The notes: a model not told the origin generated them from the letters alone. A stretch of DNA of 64,000 bases from Felis catus (GCF_018350175.1 NC_058368.1:220226001-220290000); one strand, 5' to 3'. Counted from the stretch's first letter, positions 1-11,818 are shown. Made by a program: numbers and translations.

Positions 1-285
1 AGACACAAACCTCAAAAAATATCTTCACAGCAGGAAGAGACTGCTAATTTGAACTACTTTTGAATTAAGGACTTTGCTCATCAGAATTCATCATTAGAAG
101 AGTTAAATAGCAAACCACTTAGTGAGAAAATAACTGATGTTTAATTATACATATAGACAGGACTGTGTGTGTATATATAACAAGATTTATATTCTCTATG
201 GAAGAATGAATTATACCAAGTGATTACAAAAAATTCTTACAAATGAGAAAATGGTATCCATAAATCCTATGAGAAAAGGGCATTT
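1..285 (+). mobile_element. Ancient L1 (L1ME-like) late-ORF2 fragment, left half; continues at ~1752
   Basis: Degenerate match to old L1 ORF2 3' region, ending ...cctatgagaaaagggca; the expected next L1 words (ttgaacaagcatttcac) resume at ~1750. Confidence 0.7.
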
Positions 286-506
286 GTAATTTTTTTATTT
301 AAAAAATTTTAAAAATGTTTATTTATTGTTGAAGGAGAGAGACAGAGTGTGAGCAGGGAGGGGCAGAGAGAGGGGGAGACACAGAATCTGAAACAGGCTC
401 TCAGCTCTGAGCTGTCAGCACTGAGTCCGACGTGGGGTTCAAACTCATGAGCTGTGAGATCATAACCTGATCAGACACTTAACCAACTGAGCCACACAGG
501 TGTCCC
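286..506 (-). mobile_element. CanSINE (feline SINEC)
   Basis: tRNA-derived head, (CT)n tract, A-tail; TSD aaagggcattt at 275-285 and 507-517. Confidence 0.95.
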
Positions 507-862
507 AAAGGGCATTTTTTTATTATTTAAAGTAAACTTTATTTTCATTGATATATCATTTGACATAATTTAAAAGAGGTCTGTGCTCTAACATGAGCCA
601 AAGAACAGAATCCTAAATTTCAGAAAAGACTTTTTTCACACTGTTCTGAGTAGGACATGGAGGTTCAGGGCCCCCAAACATTTTACCCCCTGAGAGTTTA
701 TCTACAGATACAGAAGGAAGAGATAACATCAACATATAAAAATCAAACTGTATGAGATTATAATAGTAAGTTCTTGACTTTATACCACCTACTTCTTTAA
801 GGTTGTAATGATAATAACTGATTTCTCTTCTGGGAAGTTTAATGTCTTGTTTTGTTTTGTTT

Positions 863-1076
863 AAAATTTTTTTTAAGTTTATTAATTTTTGAAGGAGAGA
901 GAGATACAGCGTGAGCAGGGCAGGGGCAGAGAGAGAGAGGGAGACACAGAATCGGAAGCAGGCTCCAGGCTCTGGGCTGTCAGCACAGAGCCTGATGCGG
1001 GGCTTGAACTCACAAACTGAGATCATGACCCGAGCCGAAGTCGGACGCCCAACCGACTGAGCCACCCAGGTTCCTC
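863..1076 (-). mobile_element. CanSINE inside the TMEM14C retrocopy 3' UTR, flanked by (GTTTT)n
   Basis: Typical feline SINE body; (ttttg)n tract 1079-1135. Confidence 0.95.
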
Positions 1077-1239
1077 AATTGTTTTGTTTTGTATTGTTTT
1101 GTTTTGTTTTGTTTTGCTTTGTTTTGTTTTGTTTTAAGTAAAATGTCAGAATATGTGAAAATGCTGCTTATTTCTCTTAATGCACTAAAAATACTGGAAG
1201 TTTTTAAATTCTTCAGGAGTCCAAGCTGGGACATGACTA

Positions 1240-1580
1240 CTACTCATAGGGTCTTTTGAACACACTAATTCCAAATTTGGTGACCACCAGTAGCAAACTG
1301 GCAGCCACGATTGAGCCCTAGGCATACATTTTCCAGAGTGGTGGAATCTCATTCCCATAATGCCAGTTCCAGATCTAGGTAGGGAAAACTACACATTTCC
1401 TGGTTTCTGAGACAGCTGATAAGCACCCAGGCCTGCTAAACCACCGCAAAGAAGCCCAGCGGCCAGTGATGGGACACTACCTGCTTTTGCATAGCCAATG
1501 ATCCCACCAGAAGCAACCAGTGCGGCTTAGCCAAAGCCAATCCAATCTAAAGACACTAGTTGCCTTAAGTCCGTCTGCAT
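1240..1580 (-). pseudogene. TMEM14C: Disabled CDS of the TMEM14C retrocopy
   Basis: Hand translation from ATG 1580: [85 protein letters not shown]/(frameshift)..ASLLLVVTKFGISVFKRPYE*, recognisably TMEM14C; stops at 1529-1527 and 1391-1389, frameshift near 1320. Confidence 0.93.
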
Positions 1581-1751
1581 TGTTTTCTTTCTCTATTCCC
1601 GGACAGAAAGGTACACTAGGCCTGCAACGAACCGCTTTCCCCAGGGTCGACTCTGGTACTCAAGAGTGCGCAAACCGGGAGGTGGGGTCTTGGTCCCCCA
1701 GAAACTGAGGTATGCCCTGTATCCCAAGGGCAAGACACCGGCATGGTTTTT

Positions 1752-2490
1752 GAACAAGCATTTCACACCAAGAAAATATATCAAAATTACCTACAACATA
1801 AGGTGCCACTATACAATAATTACACTGAAAAAAATGAAAGGAACTGAAAATTTTACAAAGTGTATTAGCTGGAGTTTGGAACAACTAGGCCCTTTATCAT
1901 TGCTGGTTGGAGTACAAATTAGTACAAACACTTTGAAGTCTTTAGTTAATAATAAGCATAAACGTACTATCTGATCTCAGAGATTGATTACTATGTATAT
2001 AGTCAAGAGAATAAATACTTCTATGCGGCAAAAAAGCAAGAACATACATGGAAGAAATATTAGTAGCAGCCAAAAAATAGCAATAATCCAAGTATCAGTC
2101 AATGATAGAATGAATAAAGTGTGGCAGTTTTATAAAATGCAATAGTATATATTAATGTAAATTAACAAACCCCTGCCACACATAATACCATAGAAGAATC
2201 TCACAAACATACCCCTGAATAGAAGAACTGAGACACACACAAAAATGCTTACACTTTGCTTCTCTTTACATTGAGATCAGAACAAGCAGTACTGATCCAC
2301 AGCGATAGAAGTTGGAATAGTACAGCTATCTGCTACAAAGAAGGAGGTAACTGCCTTCCACAGGAACTTCTGTTGTGCTTGTCCTGTTCTCTTTCTTGAT
2401 CTGAAGAATGGCTCTAAGGGTGTGATGACTTACAAAAAATCACCAAGCACTCACTTTAAGTAGATAGTGGTTGCCTCAACTATACTGTAT
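1752..2490 (+). mobile_element. Ancient L1 (L1ME-like) ORF2 end and 3' UTR, right half
   Basis: Degenerate L1M motifs: gaacaagcatttcac, tgctggttggagtacaaattagtacaaacactttg, gaatctcacaaacat, gttctctttcttgatctg. Confidence 0.7.
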
Positions 2491-2674
2491 TTCAATCCTT
2501 TTGGAAATATTTTATAGATATCTTTCCTTACATTGGTTTTTGTTCAAAATTTAAAACAATAGGAAGCATAAAACTAGAAATGGCAGGTATTGGTTATTGG
2601 CATTAAAGTTGGAAAAATTATTTTAATTATATTCTGTGAAACTGTCATATGGACAAAAATGACTTATTTAAGTG

Positions 2675-2810
2675 TACATATATACAGGAATGTGTCTGTA
2701 TATATAACAAGATTCATATTATCTATGGAAGAATGAATTATATTACAAAAAACTCTTACAAGCTATGAGAAAATGTTATCTATCAATCCTATGAGAACAG
2801 ACCATTTTTT
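2675..2810 (+). repeat. Diverged direct copy (~135 bp) of 148-285
   Basis: Shared blocks tgtatatataacaagatt, tctatggaagaatgaattata, atgagaaaatg, aatcctatgagaa. Confidence 0.9.
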
Positions 2811-4271
2811 ATTTACTTTTTAAATTTTTTTAATTTAATGGTAAATAGGAAATAATTGAAGTGGTTTTCAATGAATTTATTTTATTCTAGTTCTTCTAAG
2901 ATATAAAAATAGAGAAGAAGTTAAGATTGAGGATAACCGATTTCAAATCTGATGAAATTTTTTCTTTGATATAACTGACAAAAATTATACTACGAAGAGG
3001 TTAATATTTAGTTAACTGGGAACTATAGACAAAATAGTCTGCTGAAAATGTTTTCTATACTGTTGTGAAATTTAAAACAATGATAGAAATAAAGAGATAA
3101 AGTATTCTAGAAAAAACAGAACAGTGAATGATTATAAGTTTAGAATAAATTCACTAGAGTTACACAATTTTATGTATTCACTAAAAACAATCTGGAGATT
3201 ACTTTTTGCAATCTTTGTCTTCTTATATGTTATATGATGAAGCTGTGTTTATTTGTAATTTTCTATGTTAACTCAAATATAAACATTATGTAGTTGAGTA
3301 ATTTCCCAGATTGAACATTATGTAATACTTTTTACTAGGTCTTTTCACTATTTAAAAACATATAAAGTAAAAACCCATTTTGTAATATATTTATAGAAGC
3401 TCTGTGTTAATAATAAAATAATAAAAACTTTTATTATTACTTCAATGATATGTCAGATAATATTTATACCTCCAGCTAGTTTTTAATTAAAGAAAATCTA
3501 GGGGAACATGACAAATGCTGTGAACCTTAGAAACCAGAAAAACAAGAAATCTGGGGTAAATTTGCATAATTACTAAATTCCATTCATTTTATAAAACGTT
3601 TTTAATTAGAGACTTTAAGTCTTATTTGATTCAGGGCCCTGTGAAAACTCTTTATCGTAAGTTTCATGAATGTTGACTCTTTTTAGAAAATTGCATTACT
3701 GTTTATTTCCTTTTGGCTTCTCATCTGTTTCCTGTTCCTCTGAGATTCACCCTCACAATATTTCCTTACCCTGGAAGTCAGTCGTTTTCTGTAGCAACAA
3801 TTTTTTTTAACACCAGTGTATTGGCATCCCGTAAATAAACTGACGTTCCACAGAGGCTCTTTGGAGTCTGACTTTTACCTCCACTGAATTGCTTTCTTGG
3901 ACTTCTAAGTTTTAATAATGCCAAATCTTTCCTTTTTTTTTTTTTTTTTTTTCCCTGCCCTAAGTTTGATAGCTGCTATATGTTTGGGGATGTGACGGGA
4001 CTCTTTTTTTTTTTTCTTTTCTCTAAGTCAAATTAACTAATTAATAACCTTAAAACTAGTTAAGAATTCTTTTTATTAAATTTTCCATTAAAATATCTTA
4101 AGTGATTTCATTCTCCTGACTGGACCCTGACCGATAAACATAGCATATATTCCCATTTCATTTTGTTGTGTTCTTTATGTTCTGTGTGCTTATATTTAAA
4201 TGTGTTTCCTTTAAGGAAGTTAGAGTTTAGTTTTAATTATGTAAAATTAAATATAAAATTTAAATTTTTTA

Positions 4272-4341
4272 ATTTTCAACCTGAAAATAATTAAAATAAT
4301 TTAAGTTTAATAATTGTTAAAATTATTTTCAGGTTGAAAAT
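4272..4341. repeat. Perfect 21-bp inverted repeat with 28-nt spacer
   Basis: attttcaacctgaaaataatt (4272-4292) is the reverse complement of aattattttcaggttgaaaat (4321-4341). Confidence 0.95.
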
Positions 4342-4468
4342 CATTTTTATGGAATTATTCATCAATTTGTAGTTAATTTTATTGTGCTTTATGCCGTGAC
4401 TGATGTATTTTAGTTTAACATTAATCTTCTGAATAAATATTAGGTAAAAGGTTATGGAAAGAAAGATA

Positions 4469-4688
4469 GGGGTGCCTGGGTGACTCAGGCAGTTAAGTTT
4501 CTGACTTGATTTCAGCTCAATCATGATCTCAGTCTTCGGTTCATGGGATCAGCCCTGCATTGGGCTCTGCTCTGACAGCACAGAGCCTGCTTGGGGTTCT
4601 CTCTCCCTCTCTGTTTGCATCCCCCCTGTGCTCTTTCCCTCTCTCTCTCAAAATAAATTTTGAAAAACATTAAGAAAGAAAAAAAACA
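4469..4688 (+). mobile_element. CanSINE (older subfamily), first of a tandem pair
   Basis: ggggtgcctgggtgactcag head; ctctcaaaataaa tail. Confidence 0.93.
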
Positions 4689-4890
4689 GGGGTGCCTACG
4701 TGCATCATTGGATTGAGCATCCAACACTTGGTTTTGGCTCAAGTCATGATCTCAGTTCGGTTAGTGAGTTCAAGCCCAGCATTGGGCTCTGTACTGACAG
4801 CATGGAGCCTGCTTAGGATTCTCGGTCTCCTTCTCTGCCCCTCTCCCACTCATTCTCTCTCAAAATAAACTTTAACAACAACAACAAAAA
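4689..4890 (+). mobile_element. CanSINE (older subfamily), second of a tandem pair
   Basis: ggggtgcc head directly after the preceding A-tail; (AAC)n tail. Confidence 0.93.
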
Positions 4891-5054
4891 GATATACAGA
4901 TAATAAGATGATAGAGATATGTAACATTAGATATATTACATATAAATAATACATTATTTTATAAAGATATAGTTATTTTACCAGCTTTGAAAAAAGTTTC
5001 AATTTGCTTAAGCTCCAATTTCTTCATCAACTTAAGTAGATAATATTAACTTCA

Positions 5055-5265
5055 TTTTTTTTTAACATTTATTTATTTTTGAGACAGAGAGAGACAGAGC
5101 ATGAACGGGGGAGGGGCAGAGAGAGACGGAGACACAGAATCTGAAACAGGCTCCAGGCTCTGAGCTGTCAGCACAGAGCCTGACGTGGGTTCGAACTCAC
5201 GGACCGCGAGATCGTGACCTGAGCTGAAGTCGGACGCTCAACCGACTGAGCCACCCAGGCACCAG
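5055..5265 (-). mobile_element. CanSINE
   Basis: TSD gataatattaa(c/t)ttca at 5039-5054 and 5266-5281. Confidence 0.96.
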
Positions 5266-6244
5266 GATAATATTAATTTCAAAGGGTGATGTTTGATTTT
5301 AAAGGAGATGCTCATAAAGTATATACTAGTGCTCAGAATATACTCAGAAATTTCACACATATTAGTCCTATATTTAATTTTCGTATTTTTTCCTTTCCCT
5401 ACATTTTTTATATCATATATAAAATTACATTAACATCAAAAAAATTAAAAATACTTTTCTATGGCAACTAAAATGTAAATGTTACTCATTTCAATACCCA
5501 CTGCAAATCATACAACTAGAGAAAAGAGAAAACACAGATAATGTTTTTAAATCCATGATCTATCTCCCCAATAAACCCATATTTAAATCTCTTTATCTAT
5601 ATAAATAAGTGATATTTCTACAAAAATTTTCTTAAATATTTGTATTTACTATATCATGAAAATTTTCTGGTAATAGAATTTATGGAGGTTTTTGAATGGC
5701 TGCATGCATCACAGTTAATATACACATTTTAAATTATCCTAAAGTTTTTATATTGTACAAAGACAAAATTATGAGTTAATACATCTAAAAAAACTTGAGT
5801 CACTTATTTTGTGCAATATTTCTGAATAATAATTGCTGAATAAAGACCGTAAATGTTTAAGATTTTTTTTCATTTATTCAGTCAGTAATTTTATTGGTGA
5901 GGATCCAGTAATGAATTAAACAGCTGATGTTTCTGTGCTCTTAGAGTTACCATATGCAGGTAAATGCAAAATAATATATCAGGTGATATTAAGTACTATA
6001 AAACTATGGCAGGGTATGGGAAAAAGACTAAAGCAATGGTTGGGGTCATGGAAATCATTTTAGTTATTAAATTATTACCATCTACAAAGCTCTCGCTAAC
6101 ATTTTCATAATTGGTATAAAGGATCAAAATTTTCATAATCTGAGGAAAGAGGATTCTGACAGAAGTAGCAATTATAAAGCACTCAGAAGGGACCATCCTT
6201 GATAATTTTGAAGAACTGACAGGTTTTTAGTGGAGGTGAGCTGT

Positions 6245-6908
6245 GTGGTAGGCATCCTTCTAAAAGGACTTCCAAGGATCACAGACTCTCAGTATTCATA
6301 ACCCTGCACAATCCCCTCCACTTAGGTCAGAATTGGGCCTAGTGACTTGGCTTCCAAGAATACCAGGTGGCAAAAGTGATGGGATGTAATTTTCAAGATT
6401 AGCTTATAAATGATTGTTTTGCTTTCTGTCCATCTCATCTCTTCCTTCTTCCCACTTCTCTTTCTCCCCCCTTCTTTTCTTCCTCCTCATTTTCCTGCCT
6501 CCTCCCCTTCTTGCTCCTTCTTCCTTTCTCTCTCTCTTAGCTTTGCTTTGATGGTACAATCTGTCATATTGTGAGTAGGCCTATAGGGAAGGCCATGTGG
6601 CAAGGAACTAAGTGTGGCTTTTGGCTAACGGCCAAAAGGGAACTGACCTCTACAAGTTGACAGCCTCAAAGAAGTGAATTCTATGAAAAACACATGAGTC
6701 AACTTGGAAGTGGATCCTTCCTCAGTCAAGGCTCACCCCTGGCCAACATCTGGATTGTAGTCTGGTGAAAGGACCTGAAACAGAGGACAGCTACATTGTA
6801 GACTTCTAGACCAGAAACTCTGAGACCATATATGTGAATTGTTTAAAGCCATTGAATTTGGGGGAAATTAGTCACTCAGCAGCAGTAGTAGTAGTAGTAA
6901 CTAATATA
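6245..6908 (+). mobile_element. MaLR solo LTR (MLT1-type) with internal CT-rich tract
   Basis: tgtggtag start; ggccatgtggcaaggaact, ttggaagtggatccttc, gtttaaagccattgaatttgggg...taactaata end. Confidence 0.75.
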
Positions 6909-7840
6909 AGGTGAATAAGTAAGAAAAACAGTTTAGAGGGTGGTAGATAATGTCACAGAAATGTCATTAGATACAGATCTAGAGAAGGTAGAGGTATTGC
7001 GTTTTACTCTGAGTTCACAACCATTGTAGAATTTTAGCAAACGATTTTCCCAATATGACATGCATTTAATAAAAATGTCTTTTCTGACTTACGTACTAGA
7101 TATGGACTATACATTTGAAACTGAGATATCAAAAAGGAGAGTCAATTATCCTACAATACATGTTAGGATCATTGACCATGATGATAATGGTGGACAAAGT
7201 GACAAGTGGTCAGACTATTATTTGTTTTATTTTTAAGGGAGGGATATTTATTTTTTTTTAATTTTCATTCCTTTAAAGTTTATTTGTTTATTCTTAGAGA
7301 GAGAGGGGGGGAGAGCATGAGTGGCAGGGTGAAGAGAAAGAGGTAGAGAGAGAGAATCCCAAGCAGGCTTTGCACTGTGAGTGTGGAGCCTGATGTGGGG
7401 CTTGAACCCCTAAATCGTGAGATCATGACTTGAGCCAAAATCAAGAGTCAGATGCTTAACTGACTGAGCCACTCAGGTGCCCCTAGACTCTTGATTTATT
7501 TTGGAAAAGAGTCCTCAAGATTCGTTTATGGATTCAGAGAAAGAGAGGAGTTCATAACAACTCCAAAGTCTGGTACTAATCTATTAGAAGAAAATTGCCA
7601 TTTAGTGAAATACAGAAGGCAGTGTGAAGAACAGAGTTAGATAGGATTAAAAAGTTAAATTTGGACACAGTAAGTTAAAGATTATTTTGTGAAATCCAAA
7701 ATGGGAATTGGATATACAATTCTGTTATTCAGAGGGGAGGCCTAGGTTGGCCGCAGCTATATATATTTGGAAGTTGAACTTATATTGATGTCATTTGAAA
7801 ACATGGAATTCAGGAACTCGGTGTAGACATAGAAGAGAAT
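6909..7840 (-). mobile_element. Degenerate L2 fragments, interrupted by a SINE
   Basis: L2-like phrases ttttactctgag, aaattgccatttagtgaaat, tttggacacagtaagtt, ttggatatacaattctgttattcagagggg. Confidence 0.5.
7249..7483 (-). mobile_element. CanSINE (older subfamily)
   Basis: SINE body; degenerate TSD agact(a/c)tt. Confidence 0.93.
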
Positions 7841-7856
7841 GGAGCAACCAAGTGTT

Positions 7857-7858
<2 letters not shown>

Positions 7859-7902
<44 letters not shown>

Positions 7903-8108
7903 TTTCAACATTTATTTATTTTTGGGACAGAGAGAGACAGAGCATGAACGGGGGAGGGGCAGAGAGAGAGGGAGACACAGAATCGGAAACAGGCTCCAGG
8001 CTCCGAGCCATCAGCCCAGAGCCCGACGCGGGGCTCGAACTCACGGACCGCGAGATCGTGACCTGGCTGAAGTCGGACGCCTAACCGACTGCGCCACCCA
8101 GGCGCCCC
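7859..8108 (-). mobile_element. Young feline CanSINE with 35-nt pure A-tail
   Basis: CpG-rich body; T35 at 7859-7893; TSD caaccaagtgttca at 7845-7858 and 8111-8124. Confidence 0.97.
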
Positions 8109-9459
8109 AACAACCAAGTGTTCAAATATCTCAAGTAAAATGAGGGAAGACTATAGAATAGATTTTAGAAACAGGGAGGTCAACTCTGTTTTGGCTTTTG
8201 ACAAAGCCAAAAGATAATATTGTATGGATAATAAAGTCATCAAGAATTAAATTACAAATAGTGTTAGAGAGAGAGAATATTCTAGACACCTTTGAAATGG
8301 ATTGAAAAACTGTGTTTAAAAAATGTTACTATTTTAGCATTGCATTTTTATTTAAACATTTGTTAAATCCAGCAAGAGACAGATTTTCAGCTAAAATAGA
8401 TTTTTTTTTACATACATACTGTTAACTCACTTTGGTGATAGACTAATTCACTATTTTTCAGTGTATGATAGTGTTCCCCATATAGTGGAACTATGAACAC
8501 TAGTGAATGTTCATAGCATTCCAAAATGAAGTTCTCTGTGTTCATGCAAGTTTGGAAAGTGAGGCATATTATGTCCCCTATAGTAGAAACATGAAGAAAT
8601 TCTCTACCAAAAACAATTACTTAAGATAAATTTACCCCATAATTCTTAAACTTCTTGACACAACAAACTTTTTTAGCAGACATTTAAAATATAATATAGA
8701 ATAGTGTCTGGGGAACCCTTTATTTATGAAATACTTATCCAAACGTATAATCCTGCTACAATAATAATCTTGGTTCATAGACAGAATAATTATGGCAAAG
8801 ACTAATTATTGACTTCTCGTGCATGGGTAAAGAGGGAAATGAGCAAATATTGGCTGTCATAAGTATTGTTTGATTAGTCCTCCCTCTATTATTGAGTTGT
8901 AATCTAAACTACAGGGATTTATGAACTGCAGATTTACAGAGTGTCAGAATAACCTTTGTCAAGGAACTGCATCCACCATTATAATTAGTTTGTCATTGTG
9001 AATTTACAGAGCTTTGTATATTGAGAATTCTCTTGTTACTTTAACAGCTATATTATCTTGAAATTAAATATGTCAAGCAAGAAATTCCCTCTCTAATACA
9101 GAGTAAAACTTAATTTAGACATTTTTATTGCATGAGAACTATGAACATCATAGAGTTAAGATTTATATATTTGACATAATTGCCCATTAAAGTGAGAAGG
9201 AGACATATTGTTCATTTTAAATAAAGAAAAATCACTGAATCTAATTGTAAAACGTATGCTGAGGTGTAATCCATTCCAGTGTATTTCCTAGACATTTGCA
9301 CTAATACAATTTACCCTACTAAGTGTCCCTTGTACAAGGTTAATGATCTCTTGACATGGCTCTGATGGGATTTTTGTTTGTCTTGACAATTATTTCAATA
9401 TCCATTATTGATTTACTCAATTAGCTTAAGATTTATTATTTTTTTAATCAATTTATAAA

Positions 9460-9685
9460 CACTAAGTGCTCTTCTAAGTGTTCATATATTAACTTTTGTA
9501 ATTCTCAGAATAATCTTTTTGGGTAGATATTACTCTCATTATGATTCATTTTGAACAGTTAAGTAAATTGAGTTATAGAATAAATAAATAATTTATCCAA
9601 GATGGAACAGCTACTTATTTCCAAACTCTGAGTTTTCACCCAGTTGTCTGACTTCAAAACCCGTCCCCATAATGACTACACTACA
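9460..9685 (-). mobile_element. MIR-like SINE relic
   Basis: Degenerate MIR core (gtagatattactctcatt...taagtaaattgagttatagaa...atttatccaagat...tctgacttcaaaacc). Confidence 0.55.
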
Positions 9686-9960
9686 ATCCTGGTTTTGTTT
9701 ATAATTTAATCAATTAAATTAACAATTACCCCAGTGATTAGTCATTTTTAGATGAAAAACAAAAATTCAAAAAGGATGGCAGGACTCATTTCACAAAACT
9801 CCCACGGATGAAATAAAATATATGAGGATTATACTGAAACTTCAAAAGATGGAAAATGTTTACTAAATAATAGTTTCCAAAGTAGTCTTGCATTTTAGCA
9901 CAGAAAGAAATATTATTCAATAATATTTGTAAATTAATAACTTCACTAGGAAGTAGAATT

Positions 9961-9961
<1 letters not shown>

Positions 9962-9997
<36 letters not shown>
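9962..9997. repeat. (TATC)n tetranucleotide microsatellite
   Basis: Direct reading. Confidence 0.95.
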
Positions 9998-10248
9998 ACC
10001 TCTCTATATATATTGCTATAGATACTGCTCTCTCTCCAACTATAAGCCAAATTATACCATACAACGTCAGTGATGCATGAGCTAAAGAGATGGAAAATAT
10101 TTCAAAGAGCTCAGAGTGGAGATTGGAAAAGAACATGTTTACATTTCTACTTAGAACTTTATTTTTTTAAAATTCTGACACGTAGTCTAGTTTTGTGTGA
10201 TCTAAAACTAATTTTTGAAGAAATAATAAGATATATCTGATACTAGTA

Positions 10249-10445
10249 TTTTTTAAAAATGTTTAATGATTTTTTGAGGGAGAGAGCATGAGCAGGGGAG
10301 GGGCAGAGGGAGAGGGGGACAGAAGATCTAAAGCAGGCTCTGAGCTGACAGCAGGGAGTCGGATATGGCACGCAAACCCATGAACCACGAGATCATGACC
10401 TGAGTCAAACTGGACACTGAATGAACTGAGCCACCCAGGTGCCCC
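10249..10445 (-). mobile_element. CanSINE
   Basis: SINE body; degenerate TSD tgata..agta. Confidence 0.93.
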
Positions 10446-10673
10446 TGATAATTAGTAATTTTATCAACTAACGCTAATTTATGTTAAAAATATTAGAGGA
10501 TAGTTTGATGGTTTCAAAATTTATTTTGATGTTTTAGTTAATGTTAATTACAAATATATTGTAATACCATTTTGGTTAGAAAGAATATAAATCTAAGGAT
10601 TTAAAACAATTAATTATAATATTCACAAAATCTAAAATAGCACTTTCCACATGGTACAAATTCAAGAACCATT

Positions 10674-10908
10674 AAAAATTTTTTTTAATGTTTATTTATT
10701 CTTGAGAGAGAGAAATTCTCTCAACACTGTTGAGAGCACAACTGAGGGGGGTGGGGGGCAGAGAGAGAGGGAGACACAGAATCCAAAGCAGGCTCCAGGC
10801 TCCAAGCTGTCAGCACAGAGCCCAACGTGGGGCTCATACCCACAAATCATGAGATCATGACCTGAGCTGAAGTCGGATGCTTAACTGACTGAGCCACCCA
10901 GGTGCCCC
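10674..10908 (-). mobile_element. CanSINE with small fold-back insertion at 10714-10736
   Basis: SINE body; TSD aagaac(c/t)att. Confidence 0.93.
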
Positions 10909-11218
10909 AAGAACTATTTTTTAAATACATGAATGGGGCAATATTATGTGTAAAATCCCATGTCATATCAAAAATTTGATAATGTGCCACATAAATAATC
11001 TTGTATTCTGTAGTTTTTACATTTGGTCTAATCTTACTCTCCACCAAATTGTTATGGAGACAAAATTAATGACATGCCACATCCTATCTCTGATAGCGTC
11101 ACTTTATTTTGAAAACGACATTTGAAAGTTTACAGTGTATTTGATACCAATAGACAAACCTCAGGATGAATAAAATCACTGTAGATTAATGGTAGTTTGA
11201 TATTATAAATACGAATTA

Positions 11219-11818
11219 TAGTTGGCTATTGAATAATACAGGGTTAGGGACACCCACCCCCCACATCTAAAAATCTGCATATAACCTTTGACTCCCCAAA
11301 ACTTTATTTTCTTATTTTATTTTTTATTTTAAATTCCAGTATAGTTAACCTACTATGTTATATTGATTTCAGGTAAAGTTAAGATTTAAGAATTTATACA
11401 GCAATCAGTGCTCATCACCTATTTCCCCTAACCCCTACCCACTTCCCCTCTGGTAACCATCAGTTTGTTCTCTACAGTCAAGAATGCATTTCTTGGCTTC
11501 TCTCTTTTTCCACTGTGCTCTTTTGTTTTGTTTCTTAAATTCCACATGTGAATTAAGTCATATGGTATGTGTCTTGTTCTTACATATTTTGCTTACCATT
11601 ATACTCTCTGGTTCCATCCATGTTATTGCAAATGTCAATATTTCATTTTTTATGGCTGAATAATATTCCATTGTGTGCATATATTTCATATCCTCTTTAT
11701 CCATTCATCTATCAATAGACGCTCTGACTGCTTCCATAATTTGACTATTGTAAATAATAGCACAGGGGTGCTACAAATACAAGGGTGCATGTATCCTTTT
11801 GAAAAAGAACTTAAATAA

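Larger units (their letters stand above)
518..1739 (-). pseudogene. TMEM14C: Full-length processed pseudogene (retrocopy) of TMEM14C: ~160-nt 5' UTR, disabled CDS, ~500-nt 3' UTR, AATAAA and A-tail remnant
   Basis: Intronless; AATAAA at 543-538 (minus); T-run ~514-521; interrupts an old L1; degenerate TSD ggcat(gg/tt)ttttt at 1740-1751 and ~511-521. Confidence 0.9.

Noticed and set aside
613..1065. 150-aa minus-strand ORF and similar SINE-derived ORFs (MAQSV..., e.g. 7905, 13241, 25266, 41177, 43569, 57628)
   Set aside because: Translations of SINE bodies running into flanks, often from non-ATG starts; no coding signature
1350..1545. Apparent ZNF143/Staf site (ttcccataatgcc) and CCAAT boxes suggesting a promoter
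   Set aside because: These are the antisense of TMEM14C codons (GIMGM, IIGY, WIGF)
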